DNA of 64,000 nucleotides from assembly GCA_036517335.1 (NCBI GenBank), contig DATDWX010000033.1, positions 9 to 64,008 on the forward strand. Direction: 5' to 3'. The notes beneath the pieces were generated by a model. The model searched no databases and had not been told where the DNA came from. It saw nothing but the letters and a program-made list of their open reading frames with translations. Positions 28,714-37,518 of the stretch are shown here, piece by piece. The first letter of the stretch is position 1. Each line of letters begins with the position of its first letter. The DNA is from Minisyncoccota bacterium (GTDB taxonomy: Bacteria > Patescibacteriota > Minisyncoccia > Phycocordibacterales > UBA2100). Position numbers and translations under genes: made by a program.

Positions 28714-28763
28714 GCATCATGCGAAGATCGAGGAGTGGAAGAAAAAGAAACGCTCGAAATAAA
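28714..28763 (+). repeat. Near-identical duplicate of the trmD 3' end (HHAKIEEWKKK...*), 50 bp downstream of the real stop
   Basis: 28618-28665 versus 28714-28763. The intervening 48 bp carry a 9-bp terminal inverted repeat (gatatgaca/tgtcatatc). Confidence 0.6.
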
Positions 28764-28783
28764 AAGAAAGCGCCCCCTCCGTC

Positions 28784-28814
28784 GCGAAACGAAGAGGTTG
28801 CTTCTTCGTTTCGC
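28784..28814 (+). terminator. Hairpin (gcgaaacgaaga ggttgc tcttcgtttcgc), a possible terminator lacking a U-tract
   Basis: 12-bp perfect stem downstream of the trmD duplicate. Confidence 0.35.
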
Positions 28815-28827
28815 CCGGAAAGGGGCG

Positions 28828-29076
28828 TTAGCAGCGGCGTGTAAGGGCCGCGAGGAGTTGTTGCGTGTGCTGACCACCTGTGGTCAACAGGTCGGCGCCA
28901 ACGGCGATACAAGCGACGGCACCGAAGAACCACATCGTGGTTTCGCCGTCGCTCGGCGCGCTGATTTGACGCTGATACGACGGGGTGCCGAAGCTTTTCG
29001 CACCCCACGCGGCTGCAAAGCCAAGGCCGGTGCCGACGAGCAGGAGGGCAGACCCTCCAATCAGTTGACCAAACAT
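28828..29076 (-). CDS. Hypothetical small 2-TM membrane protein
   Basis: 82-aa ORF with a GGAG about 10 nt upstream. Weak support. Confidence 0.3.
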   Translation of the reverse strand: MFGQLIGGSALLLVGTGLGFAAAWGAKSFGTPSYQRQISAPSDGETTMWFFGAVACIAVGADLLTTGGQHTQQLLAALTRRC

Positions 29077-29138
29077 GGTTTTCTTGCTCCCAAAGTTAAC
29101 CTCTTGGAGTGTAGCATATATATATCACCATGTCAAGG

Positions 29139-29166
29139 TTGACGACAAGGCCTTTACTGATACAAT
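29139..29166 (+). promoter_or_regulatory. Sigma70-type promoter TTGACG-16-TACAAT upstream of rpoB
   Basis: Hexamers read directly. Confidence 0.5.
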
Positions 29167-29322
29167 GCCGCCACATTTGCTCGCATGCCGAATGAGTTGC
29201 GGTTGCGCCTTCGAGTGAAGAATCGTTAGTGTGGGGTGGAAGCCATGCTGACATTTTTAATAATCCAACTCATATAGATCGACGCTCTGCGCCTCGACGT
29301 TTTGCGTTTGACTACATACAAA

Positions 29323-32300
29323 ATGGCGAAAACCAAAGCGGTGCGACCGCAGAAATTCTTCGGCAAGTTTCGCGAGCCTCTCGTGAAAATGCCAAATCTC
29401 GTGGACAGCCAGCTGGCCAGCTTCCGCGAGTTCATCGAAGGTGGCGCGGAGCGCGTTTTTAAAGAGTTCTCGCCGATATCGGACCACGCCGGAAAGAAAT
29501 TTGAATTGAAACTCGTCAAATTCACCTTTGGTGATGTGCGCTGGGACGAGCACTACGCCAAGCGGACGATGCGCACGTATGAAGCGCCGCTCTCGATGGT
29601 GGTGAAATTGAAGAACAAAACGACGGGCGAGGAAAAGGAGCAGGAAATTTTCTTGGCGGATTTTCCGTGGATGACGGCGCACGGCTCGTTCATCATCAAC
29701 GGCGTTGAGCGTGTCGTCGTGTCGCAGCTCGCTCGCTCGTACGGCGTCTTTTTTGAAGCGGTGCCGATAAAGGGCAAAACATATTTCGCGGCAAAAATAA
29801 TCCCCGCTCGCGGCGTGTGGATCGAGATCGAGAGCGATCCGGATGGCGGCATGTACGTGAAGGTAGATCGCAAACGCCGCTTCCCTATCACTACTCTCCT
29901 GCGCTGCCTCGGGCTCACGACCGATTCGGAGATCCAAGGTCATTTTTCCCAATCAGCCCCCGCCTGCGACGCTGTGAACGCAACTTTGCAACACGACACC
30001 GCGAAGACGCCGGAAGAGGCGTTTGTAGAGATCTACCGCCGATTGCGCGATGGTGACATCGCCACAGCCGACAACGCGCGTGATCACGTGCAGACCATCC
30101 TCTCGGGAGAGCGCTATGATCTTTCGAAAGTGGGCCGTTTTCACTTCAATCGCCGCTTCGGTTTGCCTACCGGAGAGAAAGAGCTCACTGGTTCGACTCT
30201 CACGCAGGGCGACGTCGTCCGGATCGTGACACATATCGCTGAACTAAACGCCGATCCAAAAGCAGAAGGCGACGACATCGACCACCTCGGCTTCCGTCGC
30301 GTGCGATTCGTCGGCGAGTTGCTTGAGCAGCGGATGCGCGTGGGACTCTCGCGCATGAAGCGCAATATCCAAGACAGGATGGCGATGGTGGACGCGGAGA
30401 CGTCGAGTCCGGTTTCTATGATCAATCCTCGCCCCTTCCAGGCCGCGATACGCGAATTCTTCACCACCGACCAGCTATCGCAGCTCATGCAGCAGTACAA
30501 CACACTCGATGAGATAGAACACCTCCGCATTCTCTCCACGCTCGGCCGGGGCGGCCTCACCTCGGAGCGCGCTGGTCTTGAGGTGCGCGACGTGCACTCG
30601 TCGCACTACGGCAGGGTTTGCCCCATTCACACACCAGAAGGCAAGAACATCGGCCTCGTCTTGCACCTTTCGCTCTACGCGAGACCCAACGAGTTTGGCA
30701 TCATCGAGACCCCGTATGCCAAAGTGGAAAAGGCCGTCGTAAGCGACAAGATCCTGTATTTGAACGCATTCGAGGAAGAACAGTACGCGATCGCGCACGC
30801 AGCGACCGCGCGCGACGAACACGGCAAGATCATCGAAAAAATGGTCGAGGCGCGCAAGGGCGGCAAACCGACCCTCGTCCCGCGCGACGAAGTAGATTTT
30901 ATGGAAGTGGCCACCAACCAGCCGTTCTCGGTCGCGACGTCCCTCATCCCATTCGTCGAGAATGACGACGCGAACCGTGCGCTCATGGGTTCCAACATGC
31001 AAAAGCAAGCAGTGCCTCTGGTCGTCCCCGAGGCGCCCGTGGTCGCAACAGGTGTTGAAGCGGCCGCCGCGCACGACTCTGGTCGCCTCGTCCTTGCAGA
31101 CGAAGCAGGAGAAATCGTGTACGCCGATGCGCGGATGGTCAAGGTGAAAAATCAGGACGGTAAGACCAAGCAATATGATCTCGTAACCTTTTTGCGCACC
31201 AATGGCTTCACGACGCTCAATCAACGCCCAGCCGTTCGAGCAGGAGATCGCGTCAAGCGCGGAGACATACTCGCCGATATGTCTACATCGGTCGGCGGCC
31301 AGCTCTCGATCGGGCAAAACGTCCGGGTAGCATTCTTGCCGTGGTTTGGCGCTAATTACGAAGACGCAATCGTCATTTCAGAGCGTCTCGCGAAGACGGC
31401 GAAATTTACCTCCATCCACATGGAAGAATTCGTCTCCGTCGTGCGCGACACGAAGCTCGGTCCTGAAGTCACGACGCACGACATTTCCAATGTATCCGAA
31501 TTCAAGCTCCGCAATCTCGATGAGGACGGGATCGTGCGCATTGGCGCCGAGGTGCGTCCCGGCGATATTTTGGTAGGCAAAGTAACGCCCAAGGGCGAGA
31601 CGCAGCTGACTCCCGAAGAGCGGCTTTTGCACGCGATATTCGGCGAGAAAGCAAAGGACGTGAAAGACACTTCACTGCGTATGGAAGGCGGCAAGCGCGG
31701 CCGCGTCATCGGGGTCAAGGTGTTTTCGCGCGAGTCTGGCGACAATTTGGAGAGCGGCGTTATCAAACGCGTGCATGTGGAGGTGGCGCAGCTGCGCGCG
31801 ATCTCGGTGGGCGATAAGCTTGCCGGCCGTCACGGCAACAAGGGTGTCATATCGCGCGTCCTGCCGGAAGAAGACATGCCGTTCGACGAAGACGGCAACC
31901 CCGTGGATATTATTCTTACGCCACTTGGCGTGCCGAGCCGCATGAATCTCGGGCAAATTTTGGAGTTGCACCTTGGGCTCGCGGCAGGTGCCCTCGGATA
32001 CCAAGCAGTGGTGCCGTCATTCGCCGGTGCGACCGAAGTCGAGATCAGGGAAGAATTGAAAAAGGCCGGTTTCCATGAGAGCGGTAAGCGCAAGCTCTTC
32101 GACGGTCGCACCGGCGAAGCGTTTGCGCAGCCGGTATCGGTGGGCGTGATGTACATGCTGAAGTTGCACCACATGGTGGAAGACAAGATCCACATGCGCT
32201 CAATCGGTCCGTATTCGCTCACGACACAGCAACCTCTCGGCGGCAAAGCGCAAAACGGCGGCCAGCGGGTGGGGGAAATGGAAGTCTGGGCGTTCCTCGG

Positions 32301-32502
32301 CTACGGCGCCGCATACTCACTGCGTGAGATCCTCACGATCAAATCCGACGACATTCTCGGCCGCTCCGCCGCCTTCGATGCAATCGTTAGTGGCAAACGC
32401 ATTGTGGAGAGCAATACGCCCGCGACCTTCAATGTGCTCGTGCGGCACCTGCGCGGACTTGGCATTGATATGGAGTTTATGAGCGAATCAGCGAACCAAT
32501 AA
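29323..32502 (+). CDS. rpoB: DNA-directed RNA polymerase beta subunit (compact)
   Basis: MAKTKAVRPQKFFGK..., NADFDGD-adjacent regions and GEMEVWA. Confidence 0.95.
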   Translation: MAKTKAVRPQKFFGKFREPLVKMPNLVDSQLASFREFIEGGAERVFKEFSPISDHAGKKFELKLVKFTFGDVRWDEHYAKRTMRTYEAPLSMVVKLKNKTTGEEKEQEIFLADFPWMTAHGSFIINGVERVVVSQLARSYGVFFEAVPIKGKTYFAAKIIPARGVWIEIESDPDGGMYVKVDRKRRFPITTLLRCLGLTTDSEIQGHFSQSAPACDAVNATLQHDTAKTPEEAFVEIYRRLRDGDIATADNARDHVQTILSGERYDLSKVGRFHFNRRFGLPTGEKELTGSTLTQGDVVRIVTHIAELNADPKAEGDDIDHLGFRRVRFVGELLEQRMRVGLSRMKRNIQDRMAMVDAETSSPVSMINPRPFQAAIREFFTTDQLSQLMQQYNTLDEIEHLRILSTLGRGGLTSERAGLEVRDVHSSHYGRVCPIHTPEGKNIGLVLHLSLYARPNEFGIIETPYAKVEKAVVSDKILYLNAFEEEQYAIAHAATARDEHGKIIEKMVEARKGGKPTLVPRDEVDFMEVATNQPFSVATSLIPFVENDDANRALMGSNMQKQAVPLVVPEAPVVATGVEAAAAHDSGRLVLADEAGEIVYADARMVKVKNQDGKTKQYDLVTFLRTNGFTTLNQRPAVRAGDRVKRGDILADMSTSVGGQLSIGQNVRVAFLPWFGANYEDAIVISERLAKTAKFTSIHMEEFVSVVRDTKLGPEVTTHDISNVSEFKLRNLDEDGIVRIGAEVRPGDILVGKVTPKGETQLTPEERLLHAIFGEKAKDVKDTSLRMEGGKRGRVIGVKVFSRESGDNLESGVIKRVHVEVAQLRAISVGDKLAGRHGNKGVISRVLPEEDMPFDEDGNPVDIILTPLGVPSRMNLGQILELHLGLAAGALGYQAVVPSFAGATEVEIREELKKAGFHESGKRKLFDGRTGEAFAQPVSVGVMYMLKLHHMVEDKIHMRSIGPYSLTTQQPLGGKAQNGGQRVGEMEVWAFLGYGAAYSLREILTIKSDDILGRSAAFDAIVSGKRIVESNTPATFNVLVRHLRGLGIDMEFMSESANQ

Positions 32503-32506
32503 TAGT

Positions 32507-35500
32507 ATGGCTGCTCCAAAAAGAAAAGACATGATCCCGCAAGAATTCGATGCCGTGACGATGAGGCTTGCCTCACCCGAGCGCATGCTCGAGTGGTCGC
32601 ACGGAGAGATCACGAAGCCGGAAACCATCAACTACCGCACCCAGCGGCCCGAGAAAAACGGTCTCTTCGATGAACGTGTCTTCGGTCCCGAAAAAGACTA
32701 CGAATGTTATTGCGGTAAATACCGCGGCATCCGCTTCCGCGGCATCATTTGTGAGAAGTGCGGCGTGGAGATCACGCGTGCCATTGTACGGCGCGAGCGC
32801 ATGGGCCACATTGATCTCGCAACTCCCGTGACCCACATCTGGTTCCTCCGGGGAATCCCTTCGAGGATCGCGCTCATGCTTGGCCTTTCTGCCGCAGAGG
32901 TGGAGAAAGTCGTCTATTTCGCTGGGTACATTGTCACATCGGTGGCAGAAGCAGAGCGGACGCGCCTCTTGAAAGACCTTGAGCAGGAGTTCCAGATGAA
33001 AACGAAGTCAGCTGCGAACGCAGAAGAGAAGACGCGGCTCAAGGATCTTGCGCAAAAAGCAAAGAAGGAAATTGAATCAATCAAGGAAGGTTCTGTTCTC
33101 GATGAGGCATCGTACCACCTTTTTGCCGTCAAGTACGGCGCAATGTTCCGTGCCGCGATCGGTGCCGAGGCCCTGTTCAATATAATGAAACATCTCGATC
33201 TTAAGGCGTTCATCAAGCGGCTGAAAGGAGAGCAGGGGACGGCGGGAGCGGCCGAGCGCGAAAAATTGCGCAAGCGCCTCGCGCTCGCCGAGTCTTTGCA
33301 GCGAGCAGGCGTGCGACCGGAGTGGATGTTTATCACGCGCCTGCCCGTCGTGCCGCCAGCCTTGCGACCCATGGTCGCCCTCGAAGGCGGCCGCCACGCG
33401 TCGTCGGATCTCAACGATCTCTACCGTCGTGTCATCAATCGCAACAACCGCCTCAAGCGACTGCAACAGATCAATGCACCCGAGGTCATTTTGCGCAATG
33501 AAAAGCGTATTTTGCAGGAAGCTGTGGACGCACTTCTCGACAACTCTATGCGCCGCGGAGCGGGCATTTCCGGCATTTTGGGCGGCCGAAGGCGTGCCTT
33601 GAAATCTCTGGCAGATTATTTGAAAGGCAAACACGGCTATCTTCGGCAAAATTTGCTCGGCAAGCGCGTAGATTATTCGGGCCGCTCCGTCATTGTGGTC
33701 GGCCCCGACCTCGCGCTCGACCAGTGCGGATTGCCCAAGCACATGGTCTTGGAGCTCTTCCGCCCCTTCGTTATTCAAGGGCTTCTCGCACGCGAGCTCG
33801 CCTACAACATCCGTGGCGCCGGACGCCTCATCGAAGACGAATCACCGGATGTGTGGCCGATCCTCGAAGAGGCGATCGAAAATAAGTACGTCCTCTTAAA
33901 CCGCGCGCCGACACTCCACCGTCAATCCATTCAGGCGTTCCGGCCCGTATTGATCGAAGGCAACGCGATCCAGGTGCACCCATTGGTGTGCCCCGCATAC
34001 AATGCCGACTTCGACGGGGACGCCATGGCGGTGCACGTGCCACTGACGGAGGCTGCGCAGCTCGAGGCGGCGCAGATCATGTCTGCCAACAAAAACATTT
34101 TGAAGCCGGGAAGCGGCGACGTGGTTGTTGCATCGAAGCTCCTCGACATCGTCCTTGGCTGCTACTGGATGACGAAGTCGGTGGACAAAATGAAAGGCGA
34201 AGGCACTGCCTTCCCTTCCACCAACGCCGCAATAACAGCCTTCGATTTCGGCGCGATCGATCTGCGCGCGAAGATAAAAGTCTTGCCGAGTACCAATAAA
34301 AAATATGCACAATTCAAGGGCGCGATCTTCGAGACCACGGTCGGGCGGCTCCTCTTCAACTCCGTCCTGCCCAATGTTTTCCCGTACCTTAATGAAGAGA
34401 TCACCAACAAGCGTATGCTTGCCCTGGTGCAGAATCTAGTCACCGAATACAAGCTGGACGGCATTCCGGCGATACTCGACAAGATCAAGACCTTCGGTTT
34501 TCGCTACGCGACGCACGCGGGCATTACGTGGTCCATCTCCGACGTTGTTGTTCCCGACATCAAGAAAGAATTGGTCGCAGGAGGTCAGGCGCACGCAGCG
34601 CGCGAACAAGAAAATTACCGGGACGGACTCCTCACGGAAGAGGAGCGTAAGCGAATGACGATCGAGATCTGGGCCAAAGTATCTGCCGACCTGCGCAAGT
34701 ACGTCGTCGAGTCACTCGACCCCAACGGCTCCGTACACGACATGATCCAGTCCGGCGCTCGTGGCTCCGTCGTGCAATTGCACCAGATGGTCGGCATGAA
34801 GGGACTCATCACCAACCCGCGTGGCGAGATCATTGAGTTCCCCGTCCGTTCGTCCCTGAAAGAAGGTCTTACTCCGATCGAATACTTCATCTCGACACAC
34901 GGCGCTAGGAAGGGTCTTGCCGACACGGCTCTTAATACAGCGCGCGCTGGCTACCTCACGCGCCGTCTCTTCGACGTCGCGCATGACGTTGTCATTTTAG
35001 AGCCCGATTGTGGCGTCAAAGACGGTATCGCGATCGCACGGCCGGGCAAGGAAAACATCGGCGAGAGTTTTGCGGACCGCCTTGCGGGGCGGGTGCTTGC
35101 CGAGGACATCGATGGAAGCTTCTCCGCCTCCGGCGGGAAGCGAGGCCGTCTTCTCACGCGGGACGACGCGCAGGCTATAGAAGATAATTCAAAGATCAAG
35201 GAGGCTGTCGTGCGCTCCCCCATGCACTGCAAAGTTGCTCGCGGCGTGTGCCAAAAATGCTATGGCGTGGATCTGGCAAGCGGCGAGCTTGTGGATCTCG
35301 GCGAGGCTGTGGGGGTGATTGCGGCGCAAGCGATCGGGGAGCCGGGTACGCAGCTCACGATGCGTACCTTCCACACAGGAGGCGTGGCACAAAGTGGTGG
35401 CGACATCACGATGGGCTTGCCGCGCGTCGAGGAAATATTCGAATGTCGCATGCCAAAATCGCCTGCCCTTCTCGCGCGCGTATCGGGCGTCGTCTCTGAT

Positions 35501-36202
35501 ATTACTCGCGATGGCGAAGAGCACGTGATCACCATTGTCCCCGAGGTCGCCAGCACCAAAACAGCCAAGGCTGCAAAGAAAGAGACCGAATACAGAGCCA
35601 CCGCTTTCCGCCAAATCGTCGTGAAAGTAGGGCATAGTGTGGTGAAGGGCGACTACCTAACAGACGGCTCGGCAGACCTCGACGAGCTCTACATGCTCGC
35701 GGGCAAAGAGCGCGCGCAAAATTACATCATCAGTGAAGTCACTCGCATCTACGAACTGCAGGGCGTGTCGACCGCGCGCAAACACTTGGAAATTATCGTG
35801 AAGCAAATGTTTAGCCGCGTATCGGTCGTCTCTCCCGGCGATACGGGGGTTTCCGCGGGAGAAATTCTTGCCGACTTCAAATATGAGCAGCTCAATGAGA
35901 GTGCAAAGGAAACGGGCAGCGAGAAAGCGGTGGGTAAGCAGCTGCTTCTCGGCATCACCGAAGTGTCGCTCACCAGGGCGTCGTTCCTCTCCGCGATCTC
36001 ATTCCAAAACACACCGCGCAAGCTCGCAGAAGCCGCCGTCTCGGGTGCCGTGGACCGACTCGTCGGTCTCAAAGAAAACGTGATCATCGGCCGCCTCATC
36101 CCCGCAGGCACGGGCTTCCCGGGCAGCAAGAAGCACAAAATGATCGAAGATATGGAAACAAGCCTCGCGGCGAGTGTTCCAGCGGAAGCGGAAGGGGCGT
36201 AA
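32507..36202 (+). CDS. rpoC: DNA-directed RNA polymerase beta-prime subunit
   Basis: Zn-finger CEKCGVEIT and NADFDGDAMAVHVP. Confidence 0.95.
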   Translation: MAAPKRKDMIPQEFDAVTMRLASPERMLEWSHGEITKPETINYRTQRPEKNGLFDERVFGPEKDYECYCGKYRGIRFRGIICEKCGVEITRAIVRRERMGHIDLATPVTHIWFLRGIPSRIALMLGLSAAEVEKVVYFAGYIVTSVAEAERTRLLKDLEQEFQMKTKSAANAEEKTRLKDLAQKAKKEIESIKEGSVLDEASYHLFAVKYGAMFRAAIGAEALFNIMKHLDLKAFIKRLKGEQGTAGAAEREKLRKRLALAESLQRAGVRPEWMFITRLPVVPPALRPMVALEGGRHASSDLNDLYRRVINRNNRLKRLQQINAPEVILRNEKRILQEAVDALLDNSMRRGAGISGILGGRRRALKSLADYLKGKHGYLRQNLLGKRVDYSGRSVIVVGPDLALDQCGLPKHMVLELFRPFVIQGLLARELAYNIRGAGRLIEDESPDVWPILEEAIENKYVLLNRAPTLHRQSIQAFRPVLIEGNAIQVHPLVCPAYNADFDGDAMAVHVPLTEAAQLEAAQIMSANKNILKPGSGDVVVASKLLDIVLGCYWMTKSVDKMKGEGTAFPSTNAAITAFDFGAIDLRAKIKVLPSTNKKYAQFKGAIFETTVGRLLFNSVLPNVFPYLNEEITNKRMLALVQNLVTEYKLDGIPAILDKIKTFGFRYATHAGITWSISDVVVPDIKKELVAGGQAHAAREQENYRDGLLTEEERKRMTIEIWAKVSADLRKYVVESLDPNGSVHDMIQSGARGSVVQLHQMVGMKGLITNPRGEIIEFPVRSSLKEGLTPIEYFISTHGARKGLADTALNTARAGYLTRRLFDVAHDVVILEPDCGVKDGIAIARPGKENIGESFADRLAGRVLAEDIDGSFSASGGKRGRLLTRDDAQAIEDNSKIKEAVVRSPMHCKVARGVCQKCYGVDLASGELVDLGEAVGVIAAQAIGEPGTQLTMRTFHTGGVAQSGGDITMGLPRVEEIFECRMPKSPALLARVSGVVSDITRDGEEHVITIVPEVASTKTAKAAKKETEYRATAFRQIVVKVGHSVVKGDYLTDGSADLDELYMLAGKERAQNYIISEVTRIYELQGVSTARKHLEIIVKQMFSRVSVVSPGDTGVSAGEILADFKYEQLNESAKETGSEKAVGKQLLLGITEVSLTRASFLSAISFQNTPRKLAEAAVSGAVDRLVGLKENVIIGRLIPAGTGFPGSKKHKMIEDMETSLAASVPAEAEGA

Positions 36203-36276
36203 GGTTGATTCAGTTCACATTGTCTTGTATTGTTGATTTGGACTGCGGGCAACAACGCCTGCAGAAAGGAGGCGTA

Positions 36277-36534
36277 ATGCCGTCGCAAGATACCGACAGT
36301 TTGCACGTTTGGGCGTCGCGCCAGCGTGCCGAGACTGAGATCGAAGGCGCCGAGCTGACAGAAAAATTCAAAGGCTACCCGCACATTCTGCGGTGGATCA
36401 AGCTCTGGATCTTGGTCAGACCATCGGGTATCGAATTTTTGGAAAAGATGGATTTCGACAATCCGCCGTTCGATTTGCGCCATCTTGATAATATCTTGAA
36501 GGTTTTCGTCTTCGATGTCTTGCCACCGCTTTAG
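36277..36534 (+). CDS. Hypothetical small protein
   Basis: Strong RBS AAAGGAGG 7 nt upstream of the ATG. Confidence 0.4.
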   Translation: MPSQDTDSLHVWASRQRAETEIEGAELTEKFKGYPHILRWIKLWILVRPSGIEFLEKMDFDNPPFDLRHLDNILKVFVFDVLPPL

Positions 36535-36581
36535 GATGCGGCCAACCTCGGAAGGGCCTACTCGTGCGGCTAAGGAAGAAA

Positions 36582-36623
36582 CCCCGGTCGGCGAATTAAT
36601 CTGCCGACCGGGGTTCGCTTTCC
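36582..36623 (+). terminator. Rho-independent terminator (ccccggtcggc gaattaatct gccgaccgggg ttcgctttcc)
   Basis: 11-bp perfect stem and a T-rich tail, ending the rpoBC transcription unit. Confidence 0.75.
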
Positions 36624-36642
36624 GGTCTTATGGCCTGACGTA

Positions 36643-36673
36643 AATATTAGTGGTTTACGAAACCACTAATATT
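36643..36673. repeat. REP-like 31-bp palindrome AATATTAGTGGTTTACGAAACCACTAATATT overlapping the RAYT1 stop codon
   Basis: 14-bp perfect arms. Copy 1 of 3 of this family. Confidence 0.75.
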
Positions 36674-37328
36674 CCAGGCGGTACTCCTTGAGAGAGCTTG
36701 CTTGGTTGGATCGCAAGAATGACGAGATTTCTTTTTTGTAGTCCTTAAAGACGTCGGAGAAGAGTTCGGTTGTCAGAATTGATGGAAAATTGTGTGTCCC
36801 CGTGTAGTCGAGGTAGCTGCTCCACTTATATTTTTCAAGAGTTTGCAATGCAGCTGTAGCACTCTGCAAACCATGTTGCCGCCATTCCTTGCCGCCGCGA
36901 GAAAAGTCGAGTGGATTACTATGAATGTAATTGAGAATGTGCAAAAAATGTGCGTCGGTATGGATGTGAACCTTCTTGCTGCGTCCCTGAAAAAGCGTGC
37001 CTTGCCGTTTATATCGCTCGTTAAAGTAATTGGCATATCCCACGTTCAGGCGACGAATAAACTTTGTAAGGCCGCCGTCTATCCGTTCAGATATGAGAAG
37101 GTGATAGTGATTTCCCATAAGACACCATGCATGCAGATCAACGATCCGCTCCTTTGCCATATAGTGGTTTCGTAAACCACTAATATCAGACGCGCGATGC
37201 CAAACATTTTTTGCGTCTTCAACGTCATTGAATTCCCACATGTCGTGTACGAACCGGGCCCTGTCCTTGTCATCAAGGAATAATGATCGCTTATCAACGC
37301 CGCGATTCAAAACGTGGTACAGCTCCAT
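36666..37328 (-). CDS. REP-associated tyrosine transposase (RAYT) / IS200-like HUH-Y1 transposase, copy 1
   Basis: HUH motif (AWCLMGNHYHLLI) and a Y1 motif (LNYIHSNPL; compare YIYINPV in E. coli RayT). 220 aa, flanked by REP-like palindromes. Confidence 0.8.
   Translation of the reverse strand: MELYHVLNRGVDKRSLFLDDKDRARFVHDMWEFNDVEDAKNVWHRASDISGLRNHYMAKERIVDLHAWCLMGNHYHLLISERIDGGLTKFIRRLNVGYANYFNERYKRQGTLFQGRSKKVHIHTDAHFLHILNYIHSNPLDFSRGGKEWRQHGLQSATAALQTLEKYKWSSYLDYTGTHNFPSILTTELFSDVFKDYKKEISSFLRSNQASSLKEYRLEY
37159..37186. repeat. REP-like palindrome (ATATAGTGGTTTCGTAAACCACTAATAT) inside the RAYT1 coding sequence (encodes DISGLRNHY)
   Basis: Same arms as the flanking copies with a complementary centre. 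Confidence 0.7.
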
Positions 37329-37337
37329 ACCATCATT

Positions 37338-37369
37338 ATATATTAGTGGTTTACGAAACCCCTAATATT
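37338..37369. repeat. REP-like palindrome ATATATTAGTGGTTTACGAAACCCCTAATATT immediately upstream of the RAYT1 start
   Basis: One mismatch relative to copy 1. Confidence 0.7.
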
Positions 37370-37518
37370 CGGGCGGGGTTGATTGTCGAACGCTGATCAT
37401 GCCCAAAGGGGCGACCCGTTCGCCCTTTTTGTTTTCCGGATGAGAGGAGCCCCACAGGGGAACTGCTGTTTGTATTCAATCGCTTCGCGCTCGGACAAAG
37501 AGGGAGCATAATGGGCGC

